A stretch of DNA of 64,000 nucleotides from Lama guanicoe (taxonomy: Eukaryota), in contig MU056765.1 of the NCBI GenBank assembly GCA_013239625.1, positions 2,627,629 to 2,691,628 of the forward strand, read 5' to 3'. Positions 1 through 13,726 of this stretch are shown piece after piece (within the stretch, counting starts at the first letter, position 1; every line of letters starts with the position of its first letter). A program made the position numbers and the translations under genes. The notes below the pieces were generated by a model. It was not told the DNA's origin. It made no database searches and saw nothing but the letters and a program-made list of their open reading frames with translations.

Positions 1-147
1 AGTGGTAGAGCACATGCTTAGCATGCACGGGGTCCTGGATTCAATCCCTAGTCCCTCCCCTAAAAATAATTACCTAATTACCTCCTCCCCCCAAAATAAA
101 AAAAATTAAAATATAAGAATAAATAAATAAAATATTTAAAAATAAAA
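1..147 (+). mobile_element. Camelid tRNA-derived SINE (Vic-1-like), cut by the window edge
   Basis: AGTGGTAGAGCACATGCTTAGCATGCAC...GGATTCAATCCC, CCTAATTACCTCC and A-rich tail. Confidence 0.85.
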
Positions 148-1578
148 ACACATCCTGGTAGAAACAGGGCTAGGGTGGATGAAATCTAAATTCTAAACAT
201 GAGGAGGCAACTACCGTCCTGTGTTCACCAGGCCACGCCCACCTGTCTCCACTCCTGTTCTTTGGGGCTGAATGTCCTCCTGTTTCTCAGATTTGGACAC
301 ACTCCTGAATCCCTGCATCGTGAACTTGTACTCTCTACAGCACTGCGTTCTCCCCTCTCAATCCAGAACCTACTGGCCACTTTGACTTTGCCAGCCTCCT
401 TGTCACTGCTCTTTAAATTTTATTGTCACCCTATCATTTTGGATTCTTTGACTTGGTCCACGTGTCTTCCCTGGACCAGTATTTTTGTCTCTACCCTCGA
501 CCTACCACACAGTTTCTCTACTCCTGTACTCTGGTTCTTAGTAAATGCCTGAGTTTTGTTTTGTTTTGTTATAATTGGCTAGACACTAATTCATTCAACA
601 AACCCTCTGGGGACACCTACCAGGCGTCGCTACACCAGCCAGTGCTGTCTCAGCAGTGTTTGGAGGGACCAGTGCCTTTAATCTCGGTCTAGTGAAGAGA
701 GAAGCCACCGATGCATTTTATCTTAGCATCTTGTCCCTATTTCAGTGCTTCCAAGGCAGAATAAACGGAGCTGGATGGCGGACGGCGTTCCCATTCGGAA
801 GGACGCTGGGATGACTGCTTAACAGATTTGGGAGGAGGGCTCTGCTGCAATTCTTCATTTCCTTTGTCTATTGTTGCAGGTTTTCATTAACCTTTAAGGT
901 TGTCTTCATTTTGTGGTTTGCATTTTAAGCACTTTCAGGTTTTGAAACTGCCTAGCAAATCATCTCTTTTGATCCAGCTGCTTCCCTCAATTATTATTAT
1001 ATTTTAACTCTTCTCTAAAAAAGCAAACTCCACACCCCCTGGATATCTCAGACCACCAGTCCACCCATCTGCAGCCCTTATGGCTCAGGGTTTCATTTAG
1101 GAACTGAGCTTTGTGCACTTGAAATGATCCACAAAAGCTAGACTTCTGTTTCCCTCCCTCTCTGGGAAGTTCTCTTGCTTCTTCTAGTCCTAACTGAAAG
1201 GAAGAAGAAAAAAAAAGGGGGTGGGGGAGGGAAAAGAAGGAAGGAAAGAAGGAGGAAGGAGGAGAAAAGAGATAGATGAATGGATACGTCCTGTGGACAT
1301 TTACCATGTGGTTCTATACATGTAATTATGTGCATGTCAATTGCACACCTTCCTCTCCACAAACCCCGCCTCATATGCAAATTTCTGCAGTCACTGTCCA
1401 GGCCAGGATGATCTTTGATTCACTCAGTCATCTAAATACTAGCACTTCTTAATTTTGTTCAAAACCAAAAACCCTGGAAAAAATATAAATTAGGCAATTT
1501 TGTACTCTACTAATGATGATATTGCTAGCATTTACAGAGTGCTAACTGTATCCTAGGAAATATTTTTTAAAATTTGAT

Positions 1579-1740
1579 GGGAGAAGGGTATAGCTTAGTG
1601 CTAAAGTGCATGCTTAAATTAACATGCATGAGATCCTGGGTTCAATCCCCACTACCTCCCTTAAATAAACAAACAAACAAACTAACTAACTAACTAACAA
1701 ATAAACAAACCTAATTGCCTCTCAATAAAATTAAAAAAAA
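1579..1740 (+). mobile_element. Vic-1-like SINE inserted in a MIR relic
   Basis: GGGTATAGCTTAGTG...GGGTTCAATCCCC...CCTAATTGCCTC, with (AAAC)n/(AACT)n spacer and A tail; MIR-like flanks at ~1520-1860. Confidence 0.8.
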
Positions 1741-2399
1741 TTTTTTTCATGCATTGTCTCATTTAATTTTCACTGGAAGCATCTGAGGACAATTCGTCAT
1801 GTCCATCTTACAGAAGAGGAAGCCATGGCTTTGAGAGATAATGTAAGTTAATCTCTCAAGAGCACCACTGAGAAATGATAGAACAAGGCTGAATCCATGT
1901 CTCTTTGATTCCAGGGTCTTTCTTTTCTCTTAAATATTAACCTACTTATACTGCATACATTCATGTCACTTACCTTTCCCCTCACCATTCCCTCCAGCCT
2001 CCCACCCCACCACTCAATCCTCTGCCTCCTCACTGCCATCATTCCCAGGGCTTTCTCTTGTGTGATTTCGTGTCCAGAGAGAAAGTCCTTTGATGAAGAA
2101 TGTCTGCACTGATGTACAGCATTGGTCATTACGTCAGTGAGTTAACACAGCTCACATCCATTTACAGCAGACACTGTGTTAGGCTGTAGAACAAATACGT
2201 CCTGGCTTCATAAACAGGTCCTGGGCAGATCCATGTCAGTAACTACAACATGACTCCACGTGCTGAAATAAAACCATGTGCAAGGCATGCTGGGAGCTGA
2301 GGAGGTGGGTTACGTTCTGTCTGGGGAGTCTGGGAAGACTTCAAACAGAAGGACGTCAAGCATATATTTGGTAACATGACTATGCTTTCAGCACTCACA

Positions 2400-3470
2400 C
2401 ATGCACTCAACACATGATTATCAAGTACCTCCTTCATGGAGAGCACTGTGCTCTATCACTGGTACACACTAGTGGAAGGAAATAAACCTAGTCCCTGCCT
2501 TCAGGGAGGTTTCATCCTTTTGGGGAAAACAGGCATTAAACACAAAAATAGCTAACATAAATATTCCATCATAAATCATCAAAATGTATACTGTAGGTGA
2601 AACACCTAAATCAAAATAAGAGGGGAACCTAGTTTAGGTAGTGTGAGCAGGAGAGGAGGGGTGTGTGTAAGAAAGTCTATTTTATTTCATTTTATCTAAG
2701 TATAGTCAGTTTACAATGCTGTGTTAATTTCTGGTGTACAGCATAATGTTTCATATATATATATATATATTCTTTTTAATTATAAGTTATTACAAGATAT
2801 TAAATATAATTCCCTGAGCTATACAGAAGAACCTTGTCGTTTATCTATTTTATATATAGTAGTTAGTATCTGCAAATCCTAAACCCCTAGTTTATCCCTC
2901 CATCCCTGTTTTCACCCCTGGTACTGATAAGTTTGTTTTCTATGTTTATGAATCTGTTTCTGTTTTGTAAATGAGNNNNNNNNNNNNNNNNNNNNNNNNN
3001 NNNNNNNNNNNNNNNNNNNNNNNNNNNNNNNNNNNNNNNNNNNNNNNNNNNNNNNNNNNNNNNNNNNNNNNNNNNNNNNNNNNNNNNNNNNNNNNNNNNN
3101 NNNNNNNNNNNNNNTTTATGGTCTAGTAGTATCCCATTGTATATATATACCACAACTTCTTTCTCCAGTCATCTGTCAATGGACTTTTGGCAAAGGACCC
3201 AGCATTGTCAAAGAAGGTCCTTTTTAGGAAGGTGAAAAGGTGACATTGAATGGTGACTTTGAGGGATGAATAAGAGTAGAGGAAGCAAGGTGCTCTAGGC
3301 AAGGGAGCAGCTCTAGAATGGGGACAAGTTGAACACATTCCAGGAGCTGAGATGAGGCCACTGTGACGGGAGAGTGGTACCAAAGGGGAATTACAGGAAG
3401 TGAAGATAGAGAGATAGGTGGGACTTTAGCCTGGTACAGAGAACAGCTTTACCCCCCAGTGTGATGGGGA
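2400..3470 (-). mobile_element. L2 LINE relic, interrupted by an L1; probably resumes at ~6970-7120
   Basis: L2 3'-end-like motifs (TCAACACATGATTATCAAGTACC...GTCCCTGCCTTCAGGGAG) and the purine-rich L2 body. Confidence 0.55.
2680..3186 (-). mobile_element. L1 3' end (artiodactyl/camelid type), 5'-truncated
   Basis: TAAGTATAGTCAGTTTACAATGCTGTG...CCATTGTATATATATACCACAACTTCTT; similar to the L1 copies at 20 kb and 43 kb. Confidence 0.85.
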
Positions 3471-3521
3471 CACTTTAGAGGAGGAGAGGGAGAAGGGTAA
3501 GACAGGCAGCAGGAGCAGCTT

Positions 3522-4005
3522 GTATTGTGAGGTTTGGACACCTGGAAACCCCATGTCAGGTCTGGAAATAAAGGCCAACCAAGTAAGACACATTTAGGCA
3601 GAAACTCAAAGGCAAGGAGAGGGATGAAAAAGCTCTATGGTAGAAAAAAAGAGAAGGCTTCAGGTCTGGCCTGACTGGAGGCTGCTGGCCTTAGGAAGCT
3701 GTAGGAGAGCTAACTAGAAGCCAGATACCCTACATGATGGGCTAGGAGTGCCCATTTGGCTTTCTCCTGCTGGTCCTCAGTTGGAAGTAGAGACAACAAT
3801 TAGGGAAGCTGCTAGTTTTTAATCAAGTCCTGGCCATTTGGGGTCCATTGTTACAGAAGTTATTCTTTAGCTTTCTGGGTTGTCACTACAGGTGGCATTC
3901 TGGCTTCCTACAAATCTGACTTATCACAGGCTGGCATCCTGGATTATAGATAAAGGATTGGTTTCCAGGGCACGTTGTTGCAAGTTGTTGGTCAAAGGTA
4001 ACCAG
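3522..4005. mobile_element. Probable old LTR (unclassified)
   Basis: Starts with TG, has LTR-like length and composition, and interrupts the L2. Family and ends not resolved. Confidence 0.35.
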
Positions 4006-4799
4006 AATGGGGCTGGAGTGTAGATTTCACTGGGGAACAGAAGGACTGAAGGCTGGGAATGTTTGGAAGAGGAGCCTCCAGAGTTTGGACTCAGTCCTCC
4101 AGATAGTCAACACCAAATATTTCTGTTCGGACACTACTGTCTACAAAACAATTTTGAGCATGTATCTCCAACATGTGTCTTCATTTACACCTAAATTACA
4201 CTTTCTGCTGTCTTTGTAATTTTTAAGAAAATGCAAAGAAGTTTTCTATACTTTGTTGTTAATTTCAGTGGAATTTTGCAAAGACCTGGATTATCATGTG
4301 ACTCTAAATTTTGCTAAAGAATTACAGTTTGACATCATGTTTCTCAAAGCTAATTTCTTCATTTAACGTTTTGAATAGTTAATAGTCACTTGGTTCCCAA
4401 ATCACCATGATTTTAAAAAGTATAAACTAAAAAGTCTCTCTTCCACCTCAGTCTCATTCACTCACCACCCCTGGCCTCATTTTTAACAAATTTTATTAGC
4501 TTTTAATATATCCTTCAAATGTTTATTTATTGAAATAAAAGTTAATGCATATATATACACACACACACACTACTCATTTATCTCCTTTTATAAAATGGTG
4601 ACTACTTCGGTTTCAAATTTGTTGATAATGTCATATGACTATTAGATTACATTTCAAGCCAGTTCATATTTGAAGGATGTCATCTTAGAACTTGTTTTTG
4701 TTTTTAATTGTGTTGGATGTAAAGAAATTGTTCACAATAGACTTCTTAATGATTTAAAATATCTTTTAACCTCCTTATCAGATATACTTAAGCTATGAT

Positions 4800-5843
4800 T
4801 GTTAATGACCAGGGTTCTTGGCTTTCTTAATCGATAGAAATTAAAAAGAGTCCAGGTGAGAAATTCAGGCAAGGATTTACTGAGACTTCAGCATGAAGAA
4901 GTGAAAACAAGTCACAGGTTCCCTGAAGAGGGGCCAAGGTGGTCCCTTAAATGGGGTGAGAGTAGGGGCGGGTCCAAGGGTTGGGCTGGAGGGGTGCGTA
5001 GGTGGTCCGCCCACCCGCTTGTGGTGCTGGGTGCAGGGATCACGAGCAGTACCTGCTTTTGCTCCTGACACCTCAGAATTGGCAGTTGTGAGACAGGAAG
5101 GGGGCGGGGCACAGCCATTCAAGGAACAACACAACAGTTAATATCAGGATGGCTGAGAGCTCAAGATGGTGGGAGATTTGACTTGTAGTAGAACTTGAGC
5201 TTCATTACAACTCTATTGTAATATATTAACATGGTGAATAACATGCCCACAGGCACCATAGCGGTCCCAAAGCTAGCCACAAAAGACCAAAGAGTGGGAA
5301 ATGGCCAACTTCCTGGGAATCCCAGCCCCTTCCCCAGGCTGCTTAGATTGTCCTTCCACTTAGTAGCATATGAGGCCACAGAGCCCATAAAACCGGCAAC
5401 ACTGCTCCTCACCGCCCTCTTTCTCCCTCTTCGGAGACGGCCCGCACTCTGTCTATGGAGTGTGTACCTACTTTTACTCTAATCTGAGCACCCAACCCCC
5501 ACACCTTGTGGCCTTTCTCTTGCCTCTTGATGTATCTCTAAATAAATCTACCTTTTCTCAACTGTGGCCCACTCTTGAATTCTTTCCTGTCAAAGCCAAG
5601 GACCCACACTTGGCGGGGCACATCCCAGGGGCGCAACCCAAGCCTGGGACATGGCCCTCCTTAAGCCCTACATCCATTTGCCTGCATCATTTGGGCTTTT
5701 GGTCTTTTTGTATCTTAATTGTTCATAACTGCACAAGCACACAGTTATTTTCAGTCCCTTATAGCTTCTTTGCATTCTGTTGTTAGGTCTCGGTGGAGGG
5801 GTCATAGCCTAGGGTCCCCGCTCCCAGGTCCCAGCCTGTCTCA
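4800..5843 (-). mobile_element. ERV1-type solo LTR (artiodactyl, TGAGACAGGCTGGGACCTGGG-type), split by a second LTR
   Basis: Minus strand begins TGAGACAGGCTGGGACCTGGGA (5843) and ends TTAACA (4800). The sequence reads continuously across the 5089-5689 insertion (GACCAAAAGCCCAA|CTGCC). Confidence 0.75.
5089..5689 (+). mobile_element. ERV1-type solo LTR nested in the preceding LTR
   Basis: TGAGACAGG...CCTGCATCA termini (imperfect inverted repeat), TATA-like CATAAAA at ~5386, AATAAA at ~5541, 4-bp flanks GTTG/TTTG. Confidence 0.8.
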
Positions 5844-5885
5844 CTATCATTGCTTAGCTTACTGTTGGTGTTACTGCTATTACTT

Positions 5886-6405
5886 TGTAACGGGGCTGAT
5901 GAAGGACAAATATAAGGGACTTATCAGCCCCGTCTCACCCTGATGTTTGCTCATACTGGCAAGAATCAGGATTATCTTCCATCAGCAGAATTTTTTTTCC
6001 CTTGGGTAGTAAATTCTTTAAGTCAGTTGCCCATCTGAGGAGGCAGGTTTAGATAGTTTAGACAGTTTAGATAGCATAACTTCAAATCCAAGGGGGACAC
6101 TGCCACTCCTGTGAGTGCTCCTTTCCTTGTAAATATCTCACCTGACCTCTGTGACAATGACAACTTGACATAAGGACTGGATAGGGACCCCCTGTTGATC
6201 TATATGTGGGTTCTAGCAGTAGATTTTGCTACTTTTTAGAAAAAGACATCCATAGATTGTCTAGTACTGCTTTCCCAGAGTCCTGGGGCATGGGCACTCC
6301 CCTTTAGAAACCATGCCCTCAGCAATAGAGAGCCACTGAAGATTAACTAGAGATTAACTAGAGAGTGACAAGCTTTTGAGGAGGACCACTGCGATGGTTT
6401 AAAGC
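5886..6405. mobile_element. Probable old LTR fragment
   Basis: Starts TGTAACGGGG and contains short internal tandem repeats (GTTTAGAYA x3, GATTAACTAGA x2). Family unresolved. Confidence 0.3.
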
Positions 6406-6410
6406 ATGGG

Positions 6411-6960
6411 TGTGAAACGAAGCAGGACCCTAAGGGGTCCTCTCTGTTACAGATCCTTTCTGTGTCCCCCATTTCTTGTTTGTAAGAAACAGGCGTCATT
6501 CAGCCTCTTGCACCTTCCCTGAGTTCCAAAGGGCAGATTCAAGTAGTTGCTAATTAGGTAATGGAAGGAATCCAGAAACAAGGAAACAATAGTGTAGCCT
6601 TGGGGCAGAGTCCTGGTTCCTCCCCAAGGAATATACGTATAATATCTTTGAGTTCTTCTGCAGGGACTAAGGCCCCCACCCAGGTGGAGGACAGCAACTT
6701 CAGGCTGGGCACAAGATTCCTGGAGCACTGCCCTGTTGCCTCAGCACCAACCTATCAGAAGAAAGTCACACACCCTGCAGCCCTCACCCTAAATTTTGCC
6801 TAGAAAAACTTTTCCTGAAAACCATCAGGGATTTGGGGTCTCTTGAGCCACCCATCGTCCTTGCTAAACCCTGCAATAAACCTTTCTCTGCTGCAAACTC
6901 TATTTTTGGTTTGTTCTGGCTCACGGTGAGTCTGATACGCAAACTTCTGTGAAGTAATAG
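6411..6960 (+). mobile_element. ERV1-type solo LTR (LTR39-like, artiodactyl)
   Basis: TGTGAAACGAAGCAGGACCC start and CTGCAATAAACCTTTCTCTGCT poly(A) region; ATGGGTGTGA recurs at 6406-6415 and 6961-6970. Confidence 0.7.
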
Positions 6961-7511
6961 ATGGGTGTGATGAATAATGAGAGGTAGTGGAGGACTGGCC
7001 AGAAGGTTATTGCAATTATTTAGGCAAGAGGTGAAGAGGTGGAGGTGATGGAGAGAGAGGAGGTGACCAGATGAGATTTTTAGAGGGTGAATCTTAGAAA
7101 CTGCTGACTGCTTGAATAGAAGTAGTACTACTGCTCATGTCAGGAATGTTTGTATTTTAAGAGAGGCTGCCTGGGAGGATTGTAGACTCCCTTCTGGGCA
7201 AGAAGAGATGTATTTTAGGAAGGGGAAGGTTACATAATCCTGTTTACCATCACCCTTCCATGAGTGCAAGAATCTTCCTGCTCACCCTGAAGAAGCTTGC
7301 AAGAAGTCTTTATGGTTTGGAACCCATGATCCTCCAGGGATGGCCCTTGGACGACTATCCCAGAAATCCAGCTCCCAGAATAATCACCACCTGAAACTCA
7401 CTGGGGGAGGGCAATCATTCTTGGCCAAAGAGAGTTTCTTTGGGGAAGAATTTCACAGGGAACTGGAGATTCCCTCCACTACCCATTCTCTAATGCCAGG
7501 ACCATTCCCTA

Positions 7512-8039
7512 TGTTGGAGAGGAAGAAATTTTTCCCTAACCATTCTAGGTTCTACTGGCTGGTATAAGAATTAAATTGACATGAGTTAGATTAACCAGAG
7601 AAAATGAAAAGTTTAATAAAGGGTATACATAAAAATTGAGTAACTCACCAAAATGACCAAAGCCATTACCTTAAATACCGTCCTCGGGTAAAGACAAAAG
7701 AGGAGGTTGAGGATGGGGAGAGTCAGTTATTGGAGGTTACCAGGGGAATCACAGTAAACAAGGGTGATTGGAATGCAGATTTAGGTCTCCCTTGATAAAA
7801 GATTTCTACAGATTTGGTCATCATCCTTTCTGGGCACAGAGAAGGAGGCACAGAGAGGGAGATATCCTTACAAATGGAGATTTCCCTTATAAACATAAGT
7901 GTTTCTTACAAAAGGGCAACTCCTACTTGGTTTTCAGGCTTTCTCTCATGTCTGTTTTTTCTTAGAAAATAACCAGCTTGAAACAATTAATATATTAAAG
8001 AGACACACTTAGGGTGTCACCAAATTCTACTCCCCTACA
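7512..8039 (-). mobile_element. MER34-like ERV1 solo LTR
   Basis: TG...CA termini, CCTA/CCTG 4-bp flanks, and motifs such as AAAATAACCAGCTTGAAA...ATTCTACTCCCCTACA. Confidence 0.7.
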
Positions 8040-10450
8040 CCTGCCAGGCTGGAGGGAGACTCTACCTGCAGGGCAAAAACAGGTCAATTGTCCCCTTCTC
8101 TCCACGTCACTGTATACCTGCAAAATCCCAGTATCCAAGGGTCACAATGATAGCAGGGATAGGAACAGCTGTCCCATCAGCATCCAATCTCCACCTGATG
8201 CTCTAATCTACTCCCAAGGTCCGTGAGAGCAAGAGTTGGCCTTGTTCACTGCGGTTTTCCTAGCACCTAAAGCACTGCCTGGCCTTTGGTGGGCCATCAA
8301 GGGACATTGTTGCATAAATTAATAAATGAATGCCTTGAGTCTGTCTGTAGAAATGTTCATCTCTCTACCTTAATATTTCTTAAAACAGTGTCTTTACCAT
8401 GTCCCACAATGGTATTTTGCATTATTTGACAATTACACTAAGAGCAAGTTCATATTGTCCTGCAATAAAATGCTTCTTGTAATTCTGCTCTGTGGTCTTG
8501 AGTTTTCAATGGAGGCACTCAGAACAAGGCTACCTCTTTTTCCACGTGGCAAACCTTCAGATCCTTGAAGATAGTTATTTCCCCACTGAGATTTCTGTCA
8601 GGGTCAACTCCAGTGGCTTTATTCAGCCACTCCTCTCAGGTATGATGTGGTTTCTAGACTCCTCACCTAGTTAGCCAGCCCTTTGATTAGTACTGCTGGT
8701 AGTATTAGTATCAGCAGGGTGAATATTTGCTGTAATAGTTAAGTGTAAGAGCAGCAGCTTAACACAGTATTGCCAGGCACACTGATGATGTTTTCCACTC
8801 ACATAGTGGTTAATAAAGTACCTTCACAGCCATTGTCTCATTTTGCTCTCCTGGTAACCCTGGGAGGTGGCTGTCACAGCGTTTTATTTTACAGAAGGAG
8901 GTACTGAAGATATTGTCTTGCTCAGGTTCTCATATCCAGTGCTCTGCTTTTGAGCCAGTATGCAACCTTTTAGCTGCAACAGATCTTTCTGAATATGTTG
9001 CCAAACGCTAAATACTTGGATGTTGTCAGGAACACCATGGATCTTGATGGGATAAGAAGTGGACATGAATCGAGACACCGGAGCTGCCTGGGGTGAGGGA
9101 GCAGTAGGGGATGGGGTGCTGCAGGAGGACTGGGTTAGTTTTCACTTCTCATCTTCCTCCCTACTGTCTCCACCTGGGCACCAGGGTTACCCAGGAGGTC
9201 CCCCAAAGCAGTGGCCCACTATGGATTCCTCGGCCAGAGCCTGGTCCCCACTCTGGGTGCTGGTTATCTCCACTTGCCCCTGCAGGATGTCCCTTTGTTT
9301 TGGCCCCTAGAGAACAGTTTGCTCTGTCTTCTCCCAGAAAATTTAAATTAGCAAAATCATAGTATGTAGTTCAGTTCACTCAAACCTATCACTGAACAGT
9401 GTTGGGCAATTTCCCTGCAAAATTCCAAAAAGCCATCGCTTAGGAAGCATAAAGCACATCCACCCCAACTGGCGACCTGGACTACCTGTGCCGGGGAGAG
9501 ATCAGCCAGCAGTGGGGCTGGAAAGCGCAGAATCACAATGTTCTCTTTTGATGGGAGTTTCAAAGCATCTGCTTCCTGGAACAGGGGCCAGCGGCTGGAA
9601 AAGGCGCTCAGGATTTATGAGCCTGCAGAAACTCGGGGCGCTGCTCCTGTAACAAGAGGGAGATGGAACGTTCTCGTGCCCCAGGCCTTCTGGAAATGTT
9701 TTCCCAGTCTGAACTGAAGACAGATGGAAGCCAGTTGCTTCGGTTCGCTTGCACCATCTTCTCTCCTCAAATGCTTTTCAAATCCAGTGACCCCAGAAGG
9801 AACTCAAAGGAAAAAGGGCACAAAACAAATGATCACTGCCCCAGGCCCAGTGTTCATGTAAAAGATTTCTGATCACTCCTCCCTTACCCACAGCTGCCAC
9901 CTCACTGGCCTGGCTGCTCAATCAATTGGTCAATTAGTCAATCAACAAACATACTGGTGGCCTACTGAGGGGCTGCGACTGGCACTGGGTGGGAGGCATA
10001 GAACAAAATGCTCAGCAGAGGCTTTGCCCCTGATAGGCTTGAGCTGACACTCTCAACCGCTGGTAAAATGAGAGACGGTTCATTATTAATCAGAACTAGG
10101 TTATCTGGCTTTGGTGCCTGAATGCTCCAGGAGGCAGAGCAGCAACTGATTTCCTATAGGAGAATATAGAATGAGATTCTGGAGGCCAGGAGAGATCTAA
10201 CCAACTAGAAACCCCAACAAAATTGAAACATTGAGGGCTTTGTAAGAACCATTCAAGCCTTGATAACTAAGGTACAGTGAAGGATGGGATGCAAGTAACT
10301 GGGCTGGGGAGTAATAAAAAATGAGTGAGGATCATTGCTCCTTCACAGGAGCTGTAAAATCCTGCAAGGCAGGTGTCCCAGTGAACTGAACATGTGCATA
10401 TGCGTCCACGTTTTCACCTCCTGGAGACCAGTGGTTAAGTTAGTCTGTTC

Positions 10451-10956
10451 CAGGGGCCATCATACTTGCCCTGTAAAAGGCTAGAGGGTAAACCCTGCAG
10501 CCTTTACAGGGTATGGGGTCTCTGTTGTGACTGCTCAGGTCTGGTGACAGGACTGCAGCCACAGACAATATGAAAATAACTGGGGCTGTGTTCAAATAAA
10601 ACTTTATAGATGGACACTGAAATTTGAATTTCATGTCACTTTCACAAGACATGGAATATTATTCTTCTTTTCATCTTTTTTTCTTCCAACCCATTTTTTT
10701 GTTTTGTTTTGGTTTTTAACTTTTTTTTTTAATTTAGGGGGGAGGTAATTAGGTTTATTTATTTATTTGTTTTAATGGAGGTACTGGGGATTGAACCCAG
10801 GGCCTCATGCCTGCTAAGCTTGAACTCTACCACTGAGCTATACCTTCCCCTCTTCCAAGCCATTTGAAAATGGAAAAACTATTCTTAGCTTGTGGGCTCT
10901 GTGAAAACAGGCAGCAGACTAGATGGGGCCCCTGAGCTGTAATTTGCCAACTCCTG
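10451..10956 (-). mobile_element. MER58B-like hAT-Charlie non-autonomous DNA transposon containing a SINE
   Basis: CAGGG.../...CTCCTG termini; GGCTGTGTTCAAATAAAACTTTAT and ATTCTTAGCTTGTGGGC motifs. Confidence 0.8.
10697..10850 (-). mobile_element. Vic-1-like SINE with target-site duplication
   Basis: Full head and tail on the minus strand; TSD TCTTCCAA(C/G)CCATTT at 10682-10696 and 10851-10865. Confidence 0.9.
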
Positions 10957-12447
10957 GTCATATAGATGCAGTATCACATTTGTGTTGGAAAAAGGGAGGA
11001 AAGGAAGACAGAGAAAAAGAGCATTTATGAAGTACCAACATCACCCTGTATCTTAATTTAAACTCATTTGCTTTATACTTGCTTTACATATGTAAATGGT
11101 TTTAGAAATAACCTCTCTTAAATGTATTAAAAAGTACTTTTTTTTTAGTTGATCCATACTAATGATCATTCATAGTCACACTGGTTTGTGAATTTTTTTT
11201 TTAATATATAAACTGCCTTAGCCATCATCGGATACACTTTCCTTGAGGGCCAGCACCTGCTTTATGGCCACTATATTTATATTGGCTCCCACAGACCTTT
11301 TTTGGAGTAGGCCTTCAGTAATTTATTATTATGTTGAATCAGCAAATTTGAGTCTGTGTGCACAGTGCTAAGTATTAAAGAGAGCACATAATCAAAATAT
11401 GAGGCTTGGACCATAAACCGTAAGTCAATCTCTCTGGAATTTTGAACCTTGGTGTATTGTTTTTAAAATGTATCATTAAAAGTGCAGTGATTTTGGTCCC
11501 AATTTTCTTTGTTTTTAGATCCATTGTGATGTTCTACAAATTAGTCACTTCTCTTCCCCATTAATTCTTTCTGCTTCTGTGACACCACCGCCTCTCTCCA
11601 GGTTGATCTCCTGTCTCATAACCATCCTACATGCGTAGTAAGTCTTACAATATATTTGCTTGTATTTTCTTCCCCAATTATGAAATATGCCAGGGGAGGT
11701 CTCTTTCTTGTTCTCTTGGATAGTCTGCACCCATCATTTAAGGGCATGCTTTCCTAGCTACACCAGATACATTTTTTTCTCCTCTTAATTCCTCAAATAC
11801 TGGTTCCCTAGCCCATTCGTTTTCTTTCATTTTTCACATCATAGCCACAATTAAAATTGAGGATAACTTTAGCTTGTCAGCTGAGATGCTCTCTAGGCTG
11901 CCTTCTTGAAAATCTACCCATCAAAAGGTACCTGGCCAATGAGAATAATGGTCAAATCCCTGTGTTGTTTGAAATAACACTAGAGAGAACATTGAAAATG
12001 GTGAGGATGGACAGAGAGGGTTCAGATAAAGGTGGGATGGGAAATAGAGTCAGGACATCTTAGAAAACAAATTGACATTTGTAACACTCCAGGGAAGTGA
12101 GGATGGAAGACTACAAGATTAGAAAGACTTTCTGCAGCCCAGTCTCCTTCTAAAAGTCCAGGAAAACTAATTTGAAAGAGAAAAGCATCAACTTTCAAAT
12201 CTCTCTCATAAAAGTTATTAAAAGAAAAAGAGAATTAAGAGGCAGCATACAAATATACCAGTAAAACATGTTCACAAAAAATTAAAAAAGTCTAACCTGC
12301 TACTTCAAAAGGAGCTAAAAGATAGAAAGAAAATACCAAAAGTCATGAAAGAACAGCATAAATTAGAATTAGGAAACTTCAGCAATAAAAGGGCAGAACT
12401 CAAAAAATTTTAAACAGATGGAAATATAATGTCAAAAATGAAGATGA

Positions 12448-12612
12448 GGGGAGGGTACAGCTCAGTGGTAGAGTGCACGGTTAGCACGCATGAGGTCCTG
12501 GATTCAATCCCCAGTACTCCCATTAATGACATAATAATAAACAAACAAATAAATAAATAAACCTAATTACCTCCCCAAGAAACAACAACAAAATTAAAGT
12601 ATTTCTTTAAAA
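12448..12612 (+). mobile_element. Vic-1-like SINE with TSD
   Basis: Full head; TSD AAAAATGAAG(A/C)TGA at 12434-12447 and 12613-12626. Confidence 0.9.
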
Positions 12613-13726
12613 AAAAATGAAGCTGAAGCCAGGAGGAATACAAGAATGAATAAACACAACAGAAAATATCTAAAGAGAAGTAGAAGTGTAAATGGAAAAA
12701 AAAATGAAAAATCAAAAAGGAATACAATCCTGAGATTAAAAAAAAAGATTCGTGACATAATGACCAAAATTGAAACTAAAAATCAAATCCCTGAATGTAA
12801 TCGGCATCCCTGAAGAAGAAAAATCGAAGGACGGAAACAGAATAAACACTAAAAAAGGGATTCAGAAAAACTTTCTTTAAAAAAAAACATTTAAATCACA
12901 CATTTAAAGAGACTATTGACAACAAAAAAAATACATTCTGGTAAAATGACTGGATTTTAAAGGGAAGAGAAAAACACATTGAGTATCTAAACAAAAAAAG
13001 CAAGTGACTTATATGGAAAAGAACATTAGATTATAATTAAGTTTTTCAAAAGCAGTATTCCATGCCAGATGAGAATGAAGGGACTTTTTACTCAAGGAAA
13101 ATACTCTAAGAAAAAAAAGATAAGAAAAGGATTTTATATCCAGCAAAAGAACGTTTAAGCATAGAAGGCACCAACTCTTGTTTACACACAAGACCTCAAG
13201 AAACTGTATTCTCGTGAGGTTCTTCTTAGGAACTGACTTGGTAGTGAGTTTCAGACAGCAGAATGGCTGGGGAGACGCTGGCAGGTCTGATGGTGAGCCC
13301 AGTCAGTTACTTGTAGAACTAAGATTAAGTGTGTTTTAAGAGGGAGCAAGTACATACGTGCTTTATATTCTGACCACGCTGATCGATAGAACAAGTGTGA
13401 AAAATGAGGGAAGGGGAAAGCATATGCTGAGTTTTTCCATCCTTTCAGGAATCACATTGGTAATAGTATTTCACTGAGATTCTTGCATTTAGGACTTAAA
13501 GAGAATGAATAATAATTGTTTTTCTATTTCTTTTATTCTTATGTCCTTAAGATTCTTGAGATGTAAGTAAGGAGATAAAGATGGAAGTTTTAGTTAAAAA
13601 CAAACAAACAAACAGAAAACCTCTTCTAATTTAAATTCAGGAATTTGAAATAAATTTGACGTTGAACACACACATACACAAACACCAAGTTCATACTGAT
13701 ATTTCCAATTCAAATTTATTTCAAAT

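Noticed and set aside
9500-9520. CTCF-like motif CCAGCAGTGGGGCTG
   Set aside because: Only a partial match to the core; cannot be supported without PWM scoring or ChIP.
12448-12520. tRNA-like sequences with A/B boxes (also at ~1, 1580, 10780, 17650, 56384 and 58800)
   Set aside because: They are SINE heads, with diverged stems, SINE tails and TSDs; not tRNA genes.
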